Assembly: GCA_964016885.1 (NCBI GenBank)
Contig: OZ024742.1
Location: 341,000,001-341,064,000 of the forward strand
DNA from: Eledone cirrhosa
Taxonomy: Eukaryota
Direction: 5' to 3'
DNA: 64,000 bases
Shown in pieces: positions 1 to 11,291 of this stretch (its first letter is position 1; every line of letters begins with the position of its first letter). The notes beneath the pieces were generated by a model. That model did not search any database. It was not told the DNA's origin and was given only the letters and a program-made list of their open reading frames with translations. Made by a program: the position numbers and the translations under genes.

Positions 1-259
1 CCAAGATAAATTTGAGTCCCTCTATCACGAATTCTTTTTTGATGCGTTGTGGGAGTTCATTGTGGTAATTATCCAGCCAGAATTGGATAGCTTCTATTCC
101 TAGGTTGGAGTATAGGTTGACTACATCGAACGTCACTAGTAGGGTTTGTTCAGAAAGTGGCATATTAGGGAGGTGATTGAGCATATCTAGGTCGTCCCTT
201 ATATAGCTTTTGATGTGTTTGAGAAAAGGCTTGAGAAGGGTATCAATGAAGTTGCTAAT
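1..259 (-). mobile_element. Penelope-like element RT fragment (runs off the window start)
   Basis: Minus-strand translation ISNFIDTLLKPFLKHIKSYIRDDLDMLNHL...LLVTFDVVNLYSNLGIEAIQFWL...FVIEGLKFIL matches PLE RT motifs (SYIRD, LVTFDVxNLY); abuts a (CA)n tract. Confidence 0.8.
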
Positions 260-871
260 ACACACACACACACACACACACACCCCCACACACACACGCA
301 CACACACTTGTCTTAATAGGCATTTGAACTGTCAACAGGCTGCGGTTCGCACACACATCCCTGCTGACCATTATCACAACAACGAACACTTTACTACTAC
401 TACTACACACACACACACACACACACATATTTGTTGTGAAAGAGTCATTTCTCAGTCAGCCGACACAAACCTACATTGGGCGCAAAATCAATTTTTTACA
501 TTCACATGACCTCTACCGACCAATCAAAATTGTTTTGACCACAAGAATTTTTGCAGCACGAATTGGCGCAAAACTTATTTTAATACCGCTGGAGCCACTT
601 TTTTAACATAAAAACAGGTAGAATTCCCAAAACTAATCAGATCAGAGCAAACATCACGGACGCTCTATCTCAAAATTATTTTTGAAAAGCATTAGAAATG
701 TGCAACCGGTAAAACTTAAAACCAAAACTGAATACTAACCAATACAATTACTAATTCTCACTTATTCCTAATTAAACTATTTTTCACTGTGAACAATTTG
801 TCAGCATTTTCTATTCCGTTTACCAATATATAATAACTTGTGTGTTACACCTCTATTCTTTTATATATATA

Positions 872-1780
872 CTAGCATTAAAGCCCGGCGTTGCTCGGGG
901 TCATTAAGTTACCAAAGTTAGGTTGCACCACCCATTTTATGGCACCACTTTTTTGTCTGCCAGGCACTGGGTGAATGAATTGCAGACCTGGAAGCATGAG
1001 CTGTGCCAGCAGTGACAATTGTAGTTTCGCCTATGGATATTATCTCTGTGCAAAAAAGTGTTAAAATTTATTGTTTCACAGTACTTGCGCAACACGCGCG
1101 TAGACGATGCCAGCCGAACAACAGAGCTGCGATGGAGTTGTTCTGCATGGTTGTCTGTGTGTTTTCTAAATTTAAGACAGTAGGGAGGGTTGTGATATGA
1201 GGGAGAGTTAGCTGTTGTTTCTAGCAGGTTTAGTGACCTCATAGAGGATATGTGTTTTCTAAATTTAAGACAGTAGGGAGGGGTGTGATATGGGGGAGAG
1301 TTAGCTGCTGTTTCTAGCAGGTTTAGTAAACTCATAGAGGATATGTGTTTTCTAAATTTAAGACAGTAGGGAGTGGTGTGGGGAGGGGTGTGATATGGGG
1401 GGAGAGTTAGCTGCTGTTTCTAGCAGGTTTAGTAACCACATAGAGGATATGTGTTTTCTAAATTTAAGACAGTAGGGAGTGGTGTGAACGGACAGTATCA
1501 CCATCAAGCTTGGAAAGAGAAAGTAGCAGAAAGTATGAAGTTGTATAGATTTTGAATGGTAGTAGAAAGAGTTCAGCAGTTTAAATGAGAGAGAAAAATC
1601 GTAAAATATTGAGTTATATCTATTTTTTGCGTAATTGTGGGTGAAATTGAAAAAATTATCTGCGTCAAGACGCAATCGAAACTATTTCGATTACTGAATT
1701 GTAAATTTCAATTGAAGAAATTCTATATCGTAGATTTCTATAACGAAGGAGCATGACCACACACTGAGCTTTATAGATTA

Positions 1781-1783
<3 letters not shown>
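872..1783 (-). mobile_element. Non-autonomous Helitron
   Basis: On minus: 5' TC...ATCTATAAAGCTCAGTGTG, and a 3' GC hairpin CCCGAGCAACGCCGGG followed by CTAG; flanked by A/T within TA tracts; internal minisatellite. Confidence 0.75.
1158..1485. repeat. Tandem repeat of about 95-105 bp, about 3.5 copies, inside the Helitron
   Basis: GTGTTTTCTAAATTTAAGACAGTAGGGAG occurs four times, with GAGTTAGCTG..GTTTCTAGCAGGTTTAGT between copies. Confidence 0.9.
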
Positions 1784-1812
<29 letters not shown>

Positions 1813-1817
<5 letters not shown>

Positions 1818-1925
1818 AAAAAGTATGACCCCGACGGCAGAGCTCAAGCCGTTTCGACGGCTATTTCTGGACTGAAATAGCCGTCGAAACGGGTCGAGAC
1901 CTGCCGTCGCGGTCAAACAGTTTCA
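1813..1925. repeat. Short palindromic derivative of HHR family F (3' half of the ribozyme, mirrored)
   Basis: GACGGCAGAGCTCAAGCCGTTTCGACGGCTATTTC...GAAATAGCCGTCGAAACGG; homologous to 2030-2150 and 26004-26315. Confidence 0.75.
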
Positions 1926-1954
1926 GCGATCTTCGATAATTTTATATATATATA

Positions 1955-2227
1955 TAACGAAGGAGGTGTGGTGGGGAGCGAGATGGACCATAGCGCGCCA
2001 GAGTACTCAATACTTGGGGTGGTAGAATTGGTAATTGGAAACTGTTTGACCCCGACGGCAGGGCTCGAGCCGTTTCGACGGCTATTTCACTCCAGGAATA
2101 GCCGTCGAAACGGCTTGAGCTCTGCCGTCGGAGGTCATACTTTTTCCTATTTCCCACTCTACTACCCTAAGTATTAAGTACTCTGGTGCGTTATGGTCCC
2201 TCTGGTTCCTTACCACAATTCCTTTGT

Positions 2228-2231
<4 letters not shown>
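1955..2231. mobile_element. Imperfect palindromic element of about 275 bp (family F termini, back to back) in (TA)n
   Basis: Starts TATAACGAAGGA and ends TCCTTTGTTATA; arms are reverse complements about a centre near 2092; the same ends recur at 13350-13392, 25924-26040 and 45083-45203. Confidence 0.8.
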
Positions 2232-2264
<33 letters not shown>

Positions 2265-2284
2265 TATATATATATATATATGTT

Positions 2285-4075
2285 TCTATTGAGTGATGAA
2301 TAACTTTTGTTTTATTTTAACATGTCTATTGAGCACTCTTATTCGATATGTGTATTTCCACATTCCCTCGAATTGTTTTCGCGGATATAGAGGTTATCTC
2401 CCTTGTCTAATGCCATATGCATTTTTCACTGGTAGTTAGCCCCTCTACCGCCAGGAAAAAAGCTCGTTGAGAAAGTAAACTCCGTTCCGCTTACTCTAGT
2501 AGGCTTTTATATTTATATGTGAGCTGATAGAGTACAGTCTAAGGATTTACAGAAACCCATGAAGCTAGATTTAACACCTGTCTAGTGGGTCCGGGTATGA
2601 TTTTACATTCATTTAAATTATTGACGTATTGTTTTATTGATATTTTTTATCTGTTTGTCCCGAATCTTCTATTATCGATTTTTTATCGTATGGTTGATTG
2701 TAGACTTGTTCTATATGTGACGGTATTTTAACGATAGTTATAGCTCTGATTCATCTGAATTATTGAGCCCTCTGCCGCTCATTTCGAATCTTGTTTATCG
2801 TGAACTCGTGCGCCGATTTTTCGATACTCGATCTTTCTAATATATTTAGCTCTGGACATAGCTATCCACCAGTTAATTTTATTGCTCATTTTTTGTCGAT
2901 TCTATTGAGTGATGAATAGCTTTTGTTTTATTTTAACATGTCTATTGAGCACTCTTATTCGATATGTGTATTTCCACATTCCCTCGAATTGTTTTCGCGG
3001 ATATAGAGGTTATCTCCCTTGTCTAATGCCATGTGCGTTTTTCACTGGTAGTTAGCCCCTCTACCGCCAGGAAAAAAGCTCGTTGAGAAAGTAAACTCCG
3101 TTCCGCTTACTCTAGTAGGCTTTTATATTTATATGTGAGCTGATAGAGTACAGTCTAAGGATTTACAGAAACCCATGAAGCTAGATTTAACACCTGTCTA
3201 GTGGGTCCGGGTATGATTTTACATTCATTTAAATTATTGACGTATTGTTTTATTGATATTTTTTATCTGTTTGTCCCGAATCTTCTATTATCGATTTTTT
3301 ATCGTATGGTTGATTGTAGACTTGTTCTATATGTGACGGTATTTTAACGATAGTTATAGCTCTGATTCATCTGAATTATTGAGCCCTCTGCCGCTCATTT
3401 CGAATCTTGTTTATCGTGAACTCGTGCGCCGATGTTTCGATACTCGATCTTTCTAATATATTTAGCTCTGGACATAGCTATCCACCAGTTAATTTTATTG
3501 CTCATTTTTTGTCGATTCTATTGAGTGATGAATAGCTTTTGTTTTATTTTAACATGTCTATTGAGCACTCTTATTCGATATGTGTATTTCCACATTCCCT
3601 CGAATTGTTTTCGCGGATATAGAGGTTATCTCCCTTGTCTAATGCCATGTGCGTTTTTCACTGGTAGTTAGCCCCTCTACCGCCAGGAAAAAAGCTCGTT
3701 GAGAAAGTAAACTCCGTTCCGCTTACTCTAGTAGGCTTTTATATTTATATGTGAGCTGATAGAGTACAGTCTAAGGATTTACAGAAACCCATGAAGCTAG
3801 ATTTAACACCTGTCTAGTGGGTCCGGGTATGATTTTACATTCATTTAAATTATTGACGTATTGTTTTATTGATATTTTTTATCTGTTTGTCCCGAATCTT
3901 CTATTATCGATTTTTTATCGTATGGTTGATTGTAGACTTGTTCTATATGTGACGGTATTTTAACGATAGTTATAGCTCTGATTCATCTGAATTATTGAGC
4001 CCTCTGCCGCTCATTTCGAATCTTGTTTATCGTGAACTCGTGCGCCGATTTTTCGATACTCGATCTTTCTAATAT
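2285..4075 (+). repeat. 616-bp tandem repeat, about 2.9 near-identical copies (family L, non-coding, structured)
   Basis: TCTATTGAGTGATGAATA at 2285, 2901 and 3517; flanked by TA tracts; relatives at 16992-17385 and 39153-39800. Confidence 0.92.
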
Positions 4076-4554
4076 ATGTATACATATATAGAATTCAGAG
4101 GAATCAAAGTTATGTTCAAACCATTTATTAGCTTACAATTGTTTCATCCAAACCGAGGGTTGGAGTCTTCGGAGCATTATTTAATGTTTGTATACATTCA
4201 TGACCTCCTTTCCAACGCAAGAGACATACAGATACATATGTATATATTGATGCACAGTGGGGTGACATATATTATATTATTTCTGAATGGCAATTTAAAT
4301 TCAAAAATTAAAATCATATTAAAACAGAATCAAAGCAATTTATCTTACTGGTAATAAGGTAGTAATAAATTACTGCTTTCACTGTTTAGGGTTTAAAATA
4401 TATATAACTATAAAAAGTTTTAGTATATACATAACCATAAATAGTATCCTTAATACTATGTATACATATGTATATATGTATTTATATATATATGATGGCT
4501 GCCTCCTCGTTATCGAGTATGGCCATTGCACGAGAAGAAAAAAAATAAAATAAA

Positions 4555-4611
<57 letters not shown>

Positions 4612-4655
4612 CATATACACACACACACATATATATTAATAACAATAATAATAAT

Positions 4656-4767
4656 AATTGTTTCTACTTTAGGCACAAGGCCAGCAATTACCCAGTGCAT
4701 TACTGGTACTTTATTTTATCGACCCCGTAAGGATGAAAGGCAAAGTTAACCTCGGCGGGATTTGAAC
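4656..4767 (-). mobile_element. tRNA-derived SINE (family S1), 5'-truncated
   Basis: Reverse complement of GTTCAAATCCCGCCGAGGTTAACTTTGCCTTTCATCCTTACGGGGTCGATAAAAT...GTAGAAACAATT. Confidence 0.85.
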
Positions 4768-4877
4768 AACAATAATAATAACGACAACAACAACAATAAT
4801 AATATACATATATATATATATACACAGACACGCACACACATTAACATATCTATACACACACACACACACGATAGCAA

Positions 4878-6702
4878 CTAACAGCGCTGCGATCGAATGT
4901 GGCTTTTTAGCCCAACCAATGATTTAAAATGTCTTGCAATGAGTCGGCAACCAAAACATTCTCTGGGAATAGCCGCCTGTGGTTGGAGTTCATGTACTTT
5001 TGCATGTTGTTTGAACCCCCCTGCTGATTTACATTCTCTACCACATTCTTGGCAAGCATGATGAGTAGCATCTCCAACAGCAGCCTGGTAGTCAACCACT
5101 GGTCTTACTTTATGACTGCGAAGATGACTTTCGAGTCCAGCTTTGCTTAGGCAGAGTCTCGCACAGACGCTGCATGTCAGCACCATAGGAGGACCCTCGC
5201 CGTCTGGAAGTGCAACAGCAATGCCCTTCCTCACATCCCGATTTACTTTCTCTTATGCGATTCGAGATGCCTCAAAGGCAACTTTTCCCTCATATACATT
5301 CTTTCTCCATTTATTACGATCAGCAGCAATATTGTCCGATGTATCAGCAGAGATGTTAGCGTCTCTCAAGGATCCATATACCTCTTTTGGGGTTTATGTG
5401 GGGGTCGTTTTCCTTTAACTAACTCTCCATAAAAGAGTTGTTTTGATATTCTAGAATCCTTCATCCTGGCAAGGTGACCACTCCAACGGAGTCATTGCTT
5501 AAGCACAAGAGCTTCTATACTGTCACACATAGAGCTTTCCAAAATCTCGATATCACTGATGTGGTCCCTCCAGTGAACGCCATGGATCCGTCTGAGACAC
5601 ATCTGATGGAAACGCTTCAATTGCTTAAGGTGGTGTCGATATGTGACCCAGGTCTCGCAGGCATAAAGAAGACAAGAGAGCACACATGCTTTGTACACCT
5701 TTACCTTTGTCTTCTTGCATGCATATGTCTTGCCGACCCCAGAGTCGCCTTTCTAGCTTTCCGAAAGCATCACTTGCTTTCCTAATCCTAAGTGAGATTT
5801 TACTGTCAATGTTGCTGTATCGATTGACAGTGCTCACCAGGTAGACAAACTGATCAACCACTCCAAGTCGATTGCCATACACATAGATATTTGGTTCCCT
5901 GTACTGCTTACCAGGAGCAGGTTGGTACATGACGATGGTTTTCTTGAGACTGACAGTCAATCCTAGGGCAGTGCAAGCGTCAGAAAATGCATTCAAAATG
6001 TGCTGCATATCACTCTCTGTGTGCATACATACACACATACATTTATACATACATACATGCATACACGCACACAAACACACACACACATACATACATACAT
6101 ACATACATACATACATACATACATACATACATACATACATACATACATACATGGCGGCTGCCAACTCGTTTTCGAGTACGGCCACTACTTTATATCCATG
6201 TAGGAGAACCCCTACCGATGCGTTGAACGAATGTGACTTTTTAGTCCAGCCAGCGACTTGAAAACTCTGGTACAAACACTACACTTGTGACAATTATTGA
6301 CACATAGTGCTGGGCCCATGGTACCATGTGACGACAAGTGCAGAGAGATCTCCAGATATAAAGCAATGCCTGTGCCGTGAAGCTTTTATAGTGAGCAAAG
6401 GCACTGCACAAAGCCAGTCCCACTCTCTTAACCAAGATGATATTTACCAAAAAGAAGAACAAGTCAACATCATTGGATACCATCAGGGTTGCAGGTGTTA
6501 TATCAGAGTTTTCCTTCTCCTAGAATTCTGCCTTGACAAAGGCTAAGGGGTCATCTCTCCCGATGATTTTGGATGGCCATTGACTCTTAAGAGCTCCTTT
6601 GCCCTTTGACAGGTTTTGTTTTTAGTCCTGCAGGATGTCCAAAGTCACCCTCCTCACCAAGAAACCTTGGTGGGGTTGCCAGTTTAGTCGCCAACGACCC
6701 GA
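4878..6702 (-). mobile_element. RTE-clade LINE, degenerate and internally deleted
   Basis: RT C-terminal motifs HTESDMQHILNAFSDACTALGLTVSLKKT, VDQFVYL, YKACVLSCLLYACETW, FHQMCLRRIHGVHWRD; C2H2 fingers at 4878-5234; 6150-6702 resembles an RTE 5' UTR (GAAGGAAAACTCTGA), which is inference. Confidence 0.8.
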
Positions 6703-6717
6703 CTATACATACATACA

Positions 6718-6727
<10 letters not shown>

Positions 6728-6748
<21 letters not shown>

Positions 6749-7590
6749 CAATCAGTCGACAATAAATGTAGGCTATGTAAAATAAAGATCGATCATGTAA
6801 GCCACATTGTTGCCCTATGCGAAAGAATGTCGTCTCGCTACTACCTCCCTATGAGACATGATGTGATAGCTAGACCCATCTGGAATGCACTTAGGAAAAC
6901 AAAATCAAAAACAAATGAGTAGGAATATGTTGAGATAGATGACACTAAAGAATACTGGTAGAACCTGAAAATAAAAACTGCCACCAAATTAAAGCACAAC
7001 CGGTCTGATATTGTTGTTTTGGACAACACATTGAAAGTATGCTGTTGTAGAGATCAGTTACCCACTTGATTTCAACATAGTAAGAAAAATACAAGAGCGG
7101 AGGACATCTACGGACTATTGATGAGGAGTTTGCAGATCCAATATATCCAAGATTCACCTTCAGCTTCATACCCATCATTATTAGAGCTACAGGGCGGTGG
7201 ATTGGCAGTATCGGTAGAGGGTTGGACGCCATGCTTTCTAGCATAGTTACGTCCCTTTACAATCTGAGTTCAAATCCCGCCGAGGTTAAATTTGCCTTTC
7301 ATCATTACGGGGTCAATAAAATAAAGTACCAGTAATGTACTGAGTACTTGCTGGCCTTGTGCCTAAAGTAGAAACAATTATTAGAGCTACAGGTTATATA
7401 CCAACCTGCTTGGACCAAAGTACAACTGAACTTGGATTTGTGGACAAAGAACGCAGCTCCCTAATTCATTGGTTACAAATGGCTGCGATAGCTGGCACCT
7501 ACAAAATTTGCAAAACACTCTTGCGATTCAAGGGATGATAATTTCTTTTATTTTACAAACTTAATGTACTCGAAATTAAAAGAAAGAGAA
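6728..7590 (+). mobile_element. R4/Dong-like (restriction-like endonuclease) non-LTR retrotransposon 3' fragment, interrupted by a SINE
   Basis: CRLCKIKIDHVSHIVALC (CCHC) plus RHD, KHNRSDIVVLD (PD-like) and PIIIRATGYIP; flanked by (CATA)n and (CA)n. Confidence 0.75.
7193..7380 (+). mobile_element. tRNA-derived SINE S1, full length, with TSD
   Basis: A-box-like TGGCAGTATCGG, B-box GTTCAAATCC; direct repeat ATTATTAGAGCTACAGG on both sides. Confidence 0.9.
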
Positions 7591-7658
<68 letters not shown>

Positions 7659-8063
7659 TGAGGTGGTTGATGAACACTCGTGCAGACGTCACTTCCACAC
7701 ATGTATTGAATACACGCTATATATGTTAATGTACTTTTGAAAGACATAGGTGTCACGTAGTCTTGTCCCCCCCCCTATCCCCCATCGTCAATATGTTCCG
7801 ACCATTTAAGAAATCACAATTATTGAATGTAGTATAGTGCGGAACGAGAGAATCATTTCCAGTTTGCTGACTTTGATAACATTGAATAGAAATTTATTTC
7901 TTACATATATTCATATTTTTCTTCCATATTTCAATTAATTTCGTATTTCTCAATTTCTTTGACTTCGTCTCAGTCATAACTAAGAACTTACGGTGAATAC
8001 TTTCACCGCCATAATTTAGTAAGGACCATTCATAATATTTTGTCTTCTATACCGTGTCATTGC

Positions 8064-8142
<79 letters not shown>

Positions 8143-8239
8143 TATTTTCATATCCATAGAGCTTGTCAACACAATACGGAAGTTGCGTTTCGCTAATTTC
8201 TACCCGCCGAAATGCGATTCTCGCTAAATTTATATTTAT

Positions 8240-8815
8240 ATTCTGGCTAAATTTTCTTTTGCAATATATATACAGATGTGTTGGTATCATATATATTAGT
8301 TTATACACGGCTCAGGGGTATTTCCTCCTTCGAGCTAATTCCATTGTAAAAGAATTCATTACACTTAATAATATAACTGCTCCTAGTCTGAGCTGAACGT
8401 CGCCTCATATATACGACTGTTATTTCTAGCAGTACGGTTATGAGACTAGCTAGAAACTGTTAAACCATGTGCGTCACACAGTCTTTTAAATTATTTAGAA
8501 GTGAAGCATATCAATTTGTCCCTGGATGTTTTCTGAGGAGAGCAGGACATGATATTCTTACACTTATTTATCTAGAAACATATTTGGATTTTAAAGTTTA
8601 AACTTATCTACGGAACAGGTTTGATTTTGAAATTTAAATGTGTCTAAACATCATAGCCATTTGGCAATGCAGTTCGTCTTTGTTGATTTATTATTTTAAA
8701 TCGATATGGACAAACTGTAGTATATTAATTAGTATACTTCATTCTGGCTAAATTTTCTTTTGCAATATATATACAGATGTGTTGGTATCTGTGTTTCATC
8801 ATATATATTAGTTTA
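8240..8815 (+). mobile_element. ORF-less 501-bp monomer with about 60-bp terminal direct repeat, carrying a hammerhead (retrozyme- or pLTR-like)
   Basis: ATTCTGGCTAAATTTTCTTTTGCAATATATATACAGATGTGTTGGTATC at 8240 and 8741; HHR inside. Confidence 0.7.
8525..8652 (+). ncRNA. Type I hammerhead ribozyme with long stem III
   Basis: Stem I GAUGUUU/AAACAUC, core CUGAGGA, GAAA, stem III CAUAUUU/AAAUGUG with further pairing, GUC site; stem II is weak. Confidence 0.65.
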
Positions 8816-8880
8816 TTTATATTTATATATATATATATATATATAATATAAGATCAAAAGATGGTTAAAAGAGTTCCAAG

Positions 8881-8951
8881 TATTTTATTATGCGCATTTA
8901 AAAAACAAATATCATCATGAGATGATATCTGCGTTTTCATCAAATAAAATA
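8881..8951 (-). ncRNA. Hammerhead, family A, degenerate copy
   Basis: Mirror of 11220-11291 but with core UUGAUGA and loss of the G of GAAA. Confidence 0.6.
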
Positions 8952-10077
8952 GGGATACATGATATGAAGGTTAAAAAAACATTTCTGAATAGTGTAGTTT
9001 TAAATCAACATATGAAAAATAATTTAAGATCAATGTGTGATATTGGGAAAAAGTGAGGGGTGAGGGATGGGGGTGGTGGAAAGGGTAAGGAAAAGGAGAA
9101 GATGAAAGTAAAGAATGGTGGGGGGAGGAGTATAAGAAGGAAGGATGAGAGAGGAGGAGAGATAGGTGATAGAGGGAGAGAGATAGCCTTTACAACAGAG
9201 AAAAATATATATTGTCTCACAGAGATAAGTTAAAAAGCCGTTGGAAGATAATAGATAATTTAAAAGAATTTGAAATTAAAAGTTGATGAAGAGAAAAAGG
9301 GGTTAAGCATAATATTAAATTAAGTTTGTATATTGAAGGGTTTAATAATATGTGCGAGGAAAAGAGATTGTTAATATGCATTATTAAAATAAAAATATTA
9401 ATGTTATTAAGGATATAATGTGAAAAGAGGTAGAAGAGTGGATGAGTTATGAATTTAGAGGAATTAGTTAGTGTTTATGTTTGTTTTTATGTAATGTAAT
9501 ATGTGTGCGTAATATATGAAAATAGTTTGTTTAAGAATGAGCGCAGAAAGCAAAGAAGAAAAGAATGTTTAAGGAAGAAAATATCTAACATCAAAAAATA
9601 TATATGTTTACGAAATATTTTCTAATGGTAATAATATAATATATTAAAGGAAATATGTTAGGGTTTAAGTTTATTTTTATGTTTTGTAATATGTAAAAGT
9701 CAAACGAACATGAAAGGAAGAGATAAGGAATTTAAGGAAGAAAAATCTAACGTCAAAAAATGTTTATGTTTACGAAGGACTATTTAAAAGATAATAATAA
9801 TTTTTATGGCCAATGATATAAAGAAAGATGGAAGAGTGGATAATGTTGTGGTGAGTAATAATAAGAATTGAGAAGTAGTTAGGAAGAAAAAGTACAGATT
9901 AGAGGTTAGAAATTAAAAAGAAAAAAGAAAAGAGGGAGAAAGGAAAATGATAAAGAGGAATGATATAGAATGAGTAACTTGTATTATATAATATATAATA
10001 AATAAGGTAGACAGATGGGTATATTTTAAAAAATATATATAAGCCTTTGAGAAAAAGTATTTTAAACTAGTAAGGTA

Positions 10078-10985
10078 TTAGATATTAGCTGTATACTTTA
10101 TGGAATATTCTGTGGAATTTATGCAAGCAGAGGAAAATAAATCAGTGCGTCTATTTATTATAGAATCTAAATTAGATATAATGGTAAATTTCTCAGATAA
10201 GCAAAGATTACACGTTCTGGATAGGGAGGCATTCAAGTAGGGAGAGGCAGAACAAACTTTCCTCCAAGAGATGTTATAGTTAATATTTTTGTCTTTCAAG
10301 GACCATATGAGTTCTGAGAGTGCCGTGTGAGTTCTTTTAAGTTGGTATCTAAAAGACGAATTGTGATTATAAAATCTCGCTTTGAAGGAGGTGGAAGTGG
10401 AACCGAAATAGGTAAAGGAATTGGTATCAGTTATAACCTTACATTCATAGACTAAGTTTTTTTCAAGACAATGGTTATTGAGAGGACATTTAGTTTTAAC
10501 AGGGCAATTACAATTGCGATTAGAGAAATTAACAGAGTTATTAATACGTGACCTAGTGTTATTTATAGGAGGAATTGGATTGGAGAAGTTATTTACGATA
10601 GGAATAATAGTTTCCTGATTTCGATTGGTATTATGAACATTCAACGAAGTTACGTTTGACGTCGTATTTGAGTTTGCAGAATCTAGCCTAGAGTTAACAA
10701 TGACGTCGGGAGTTCTACTGCTATTATTATGACACTCAGTGTTGGAAGGATGTGATTTAATATTTAATATTTTATTGTTGTGTTTAGAGATAATGTTAGA
10801 GATGTTGGAGGAGGTGGAATAGGAAAATGTTATTGTATGTTTGTTAAAGATTTTACTATAGATATGTGAGGGAGGGAAGCATTTATCTAAGGCCCTAAAA
10901 AATAGTTTAGGAATATTATTATTAATAGAGATAGAGAAAGGAGCATTATACCAGATTATATTTTTGTATCTAGGTCTTTTATTTC
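10078..10985 (-). pseudogene. PLE thumb/linker plus GIY-YIG endonuclease (5'-truncated, frame open)
   Basis: IIWYNAPF...FSYST...CNCPVKTKCPLNNHCLEKNLVYECK...YFGST...HNSSF...CNLC; the frame continues upstream of the listed ORF start. Confidence 0.85.
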
Positions 10986-11219
10986 TCTATCACCCATCAC
11001 CCATCTCTATCACCCATCTCTCCTCCTCTCTCATCCTTCCTTCTTATACTCCTCCCCCACCATTCTTTACTCTCATCTCCTCCTCTTCCTTACCCTTTCC
11101 ACCCCCCCCCCCCTCACTTTTTCCCAATATCACACATCAATCTTAAATTATTTTTCATATGTTCATTTAAAACTTCACTATTCACAAGTGTTTTTTTTAA
11201 CCTTCATATCATGTATCCC

Positions 11220-11291
11220 TATTTTATCTGATGAAAACGCAGATATCATCTCATGATGATATTTGTTTTTTGAAATGCGCATAATAAAATA
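11220..11291 (+). ncRNA. Type I hammerhead ribozyme, family A
   Basis: UAUUUUAU-CUGAUGA-[stem II ...CAGAUAUCAUC ucau GAUGAUAUUUG...]-GAAA-UGCGCA-UA-AUAAAAUA. Confidence 0.88.

Noticed and set aside
1158-1485. CRISPR-like regular repeats here and at 38288-38510
   Set aside because: No unique spacers, no cas genes, and a eukaryotic context; these are minisatellites
2907-2954. SECIS-like or box C/D-like AUGA...UGAG hairpin in family L
   Set aside because: Helix II length and apical AA position do not fit a canonical SECIS, and there is no upstream ORF; retained only as a structural motif in the family L finding
7193-7280. tRNA gene suggested by A/B boxes
   Set aside because: No complete cloverleaf; it is the head of a repeated SINE
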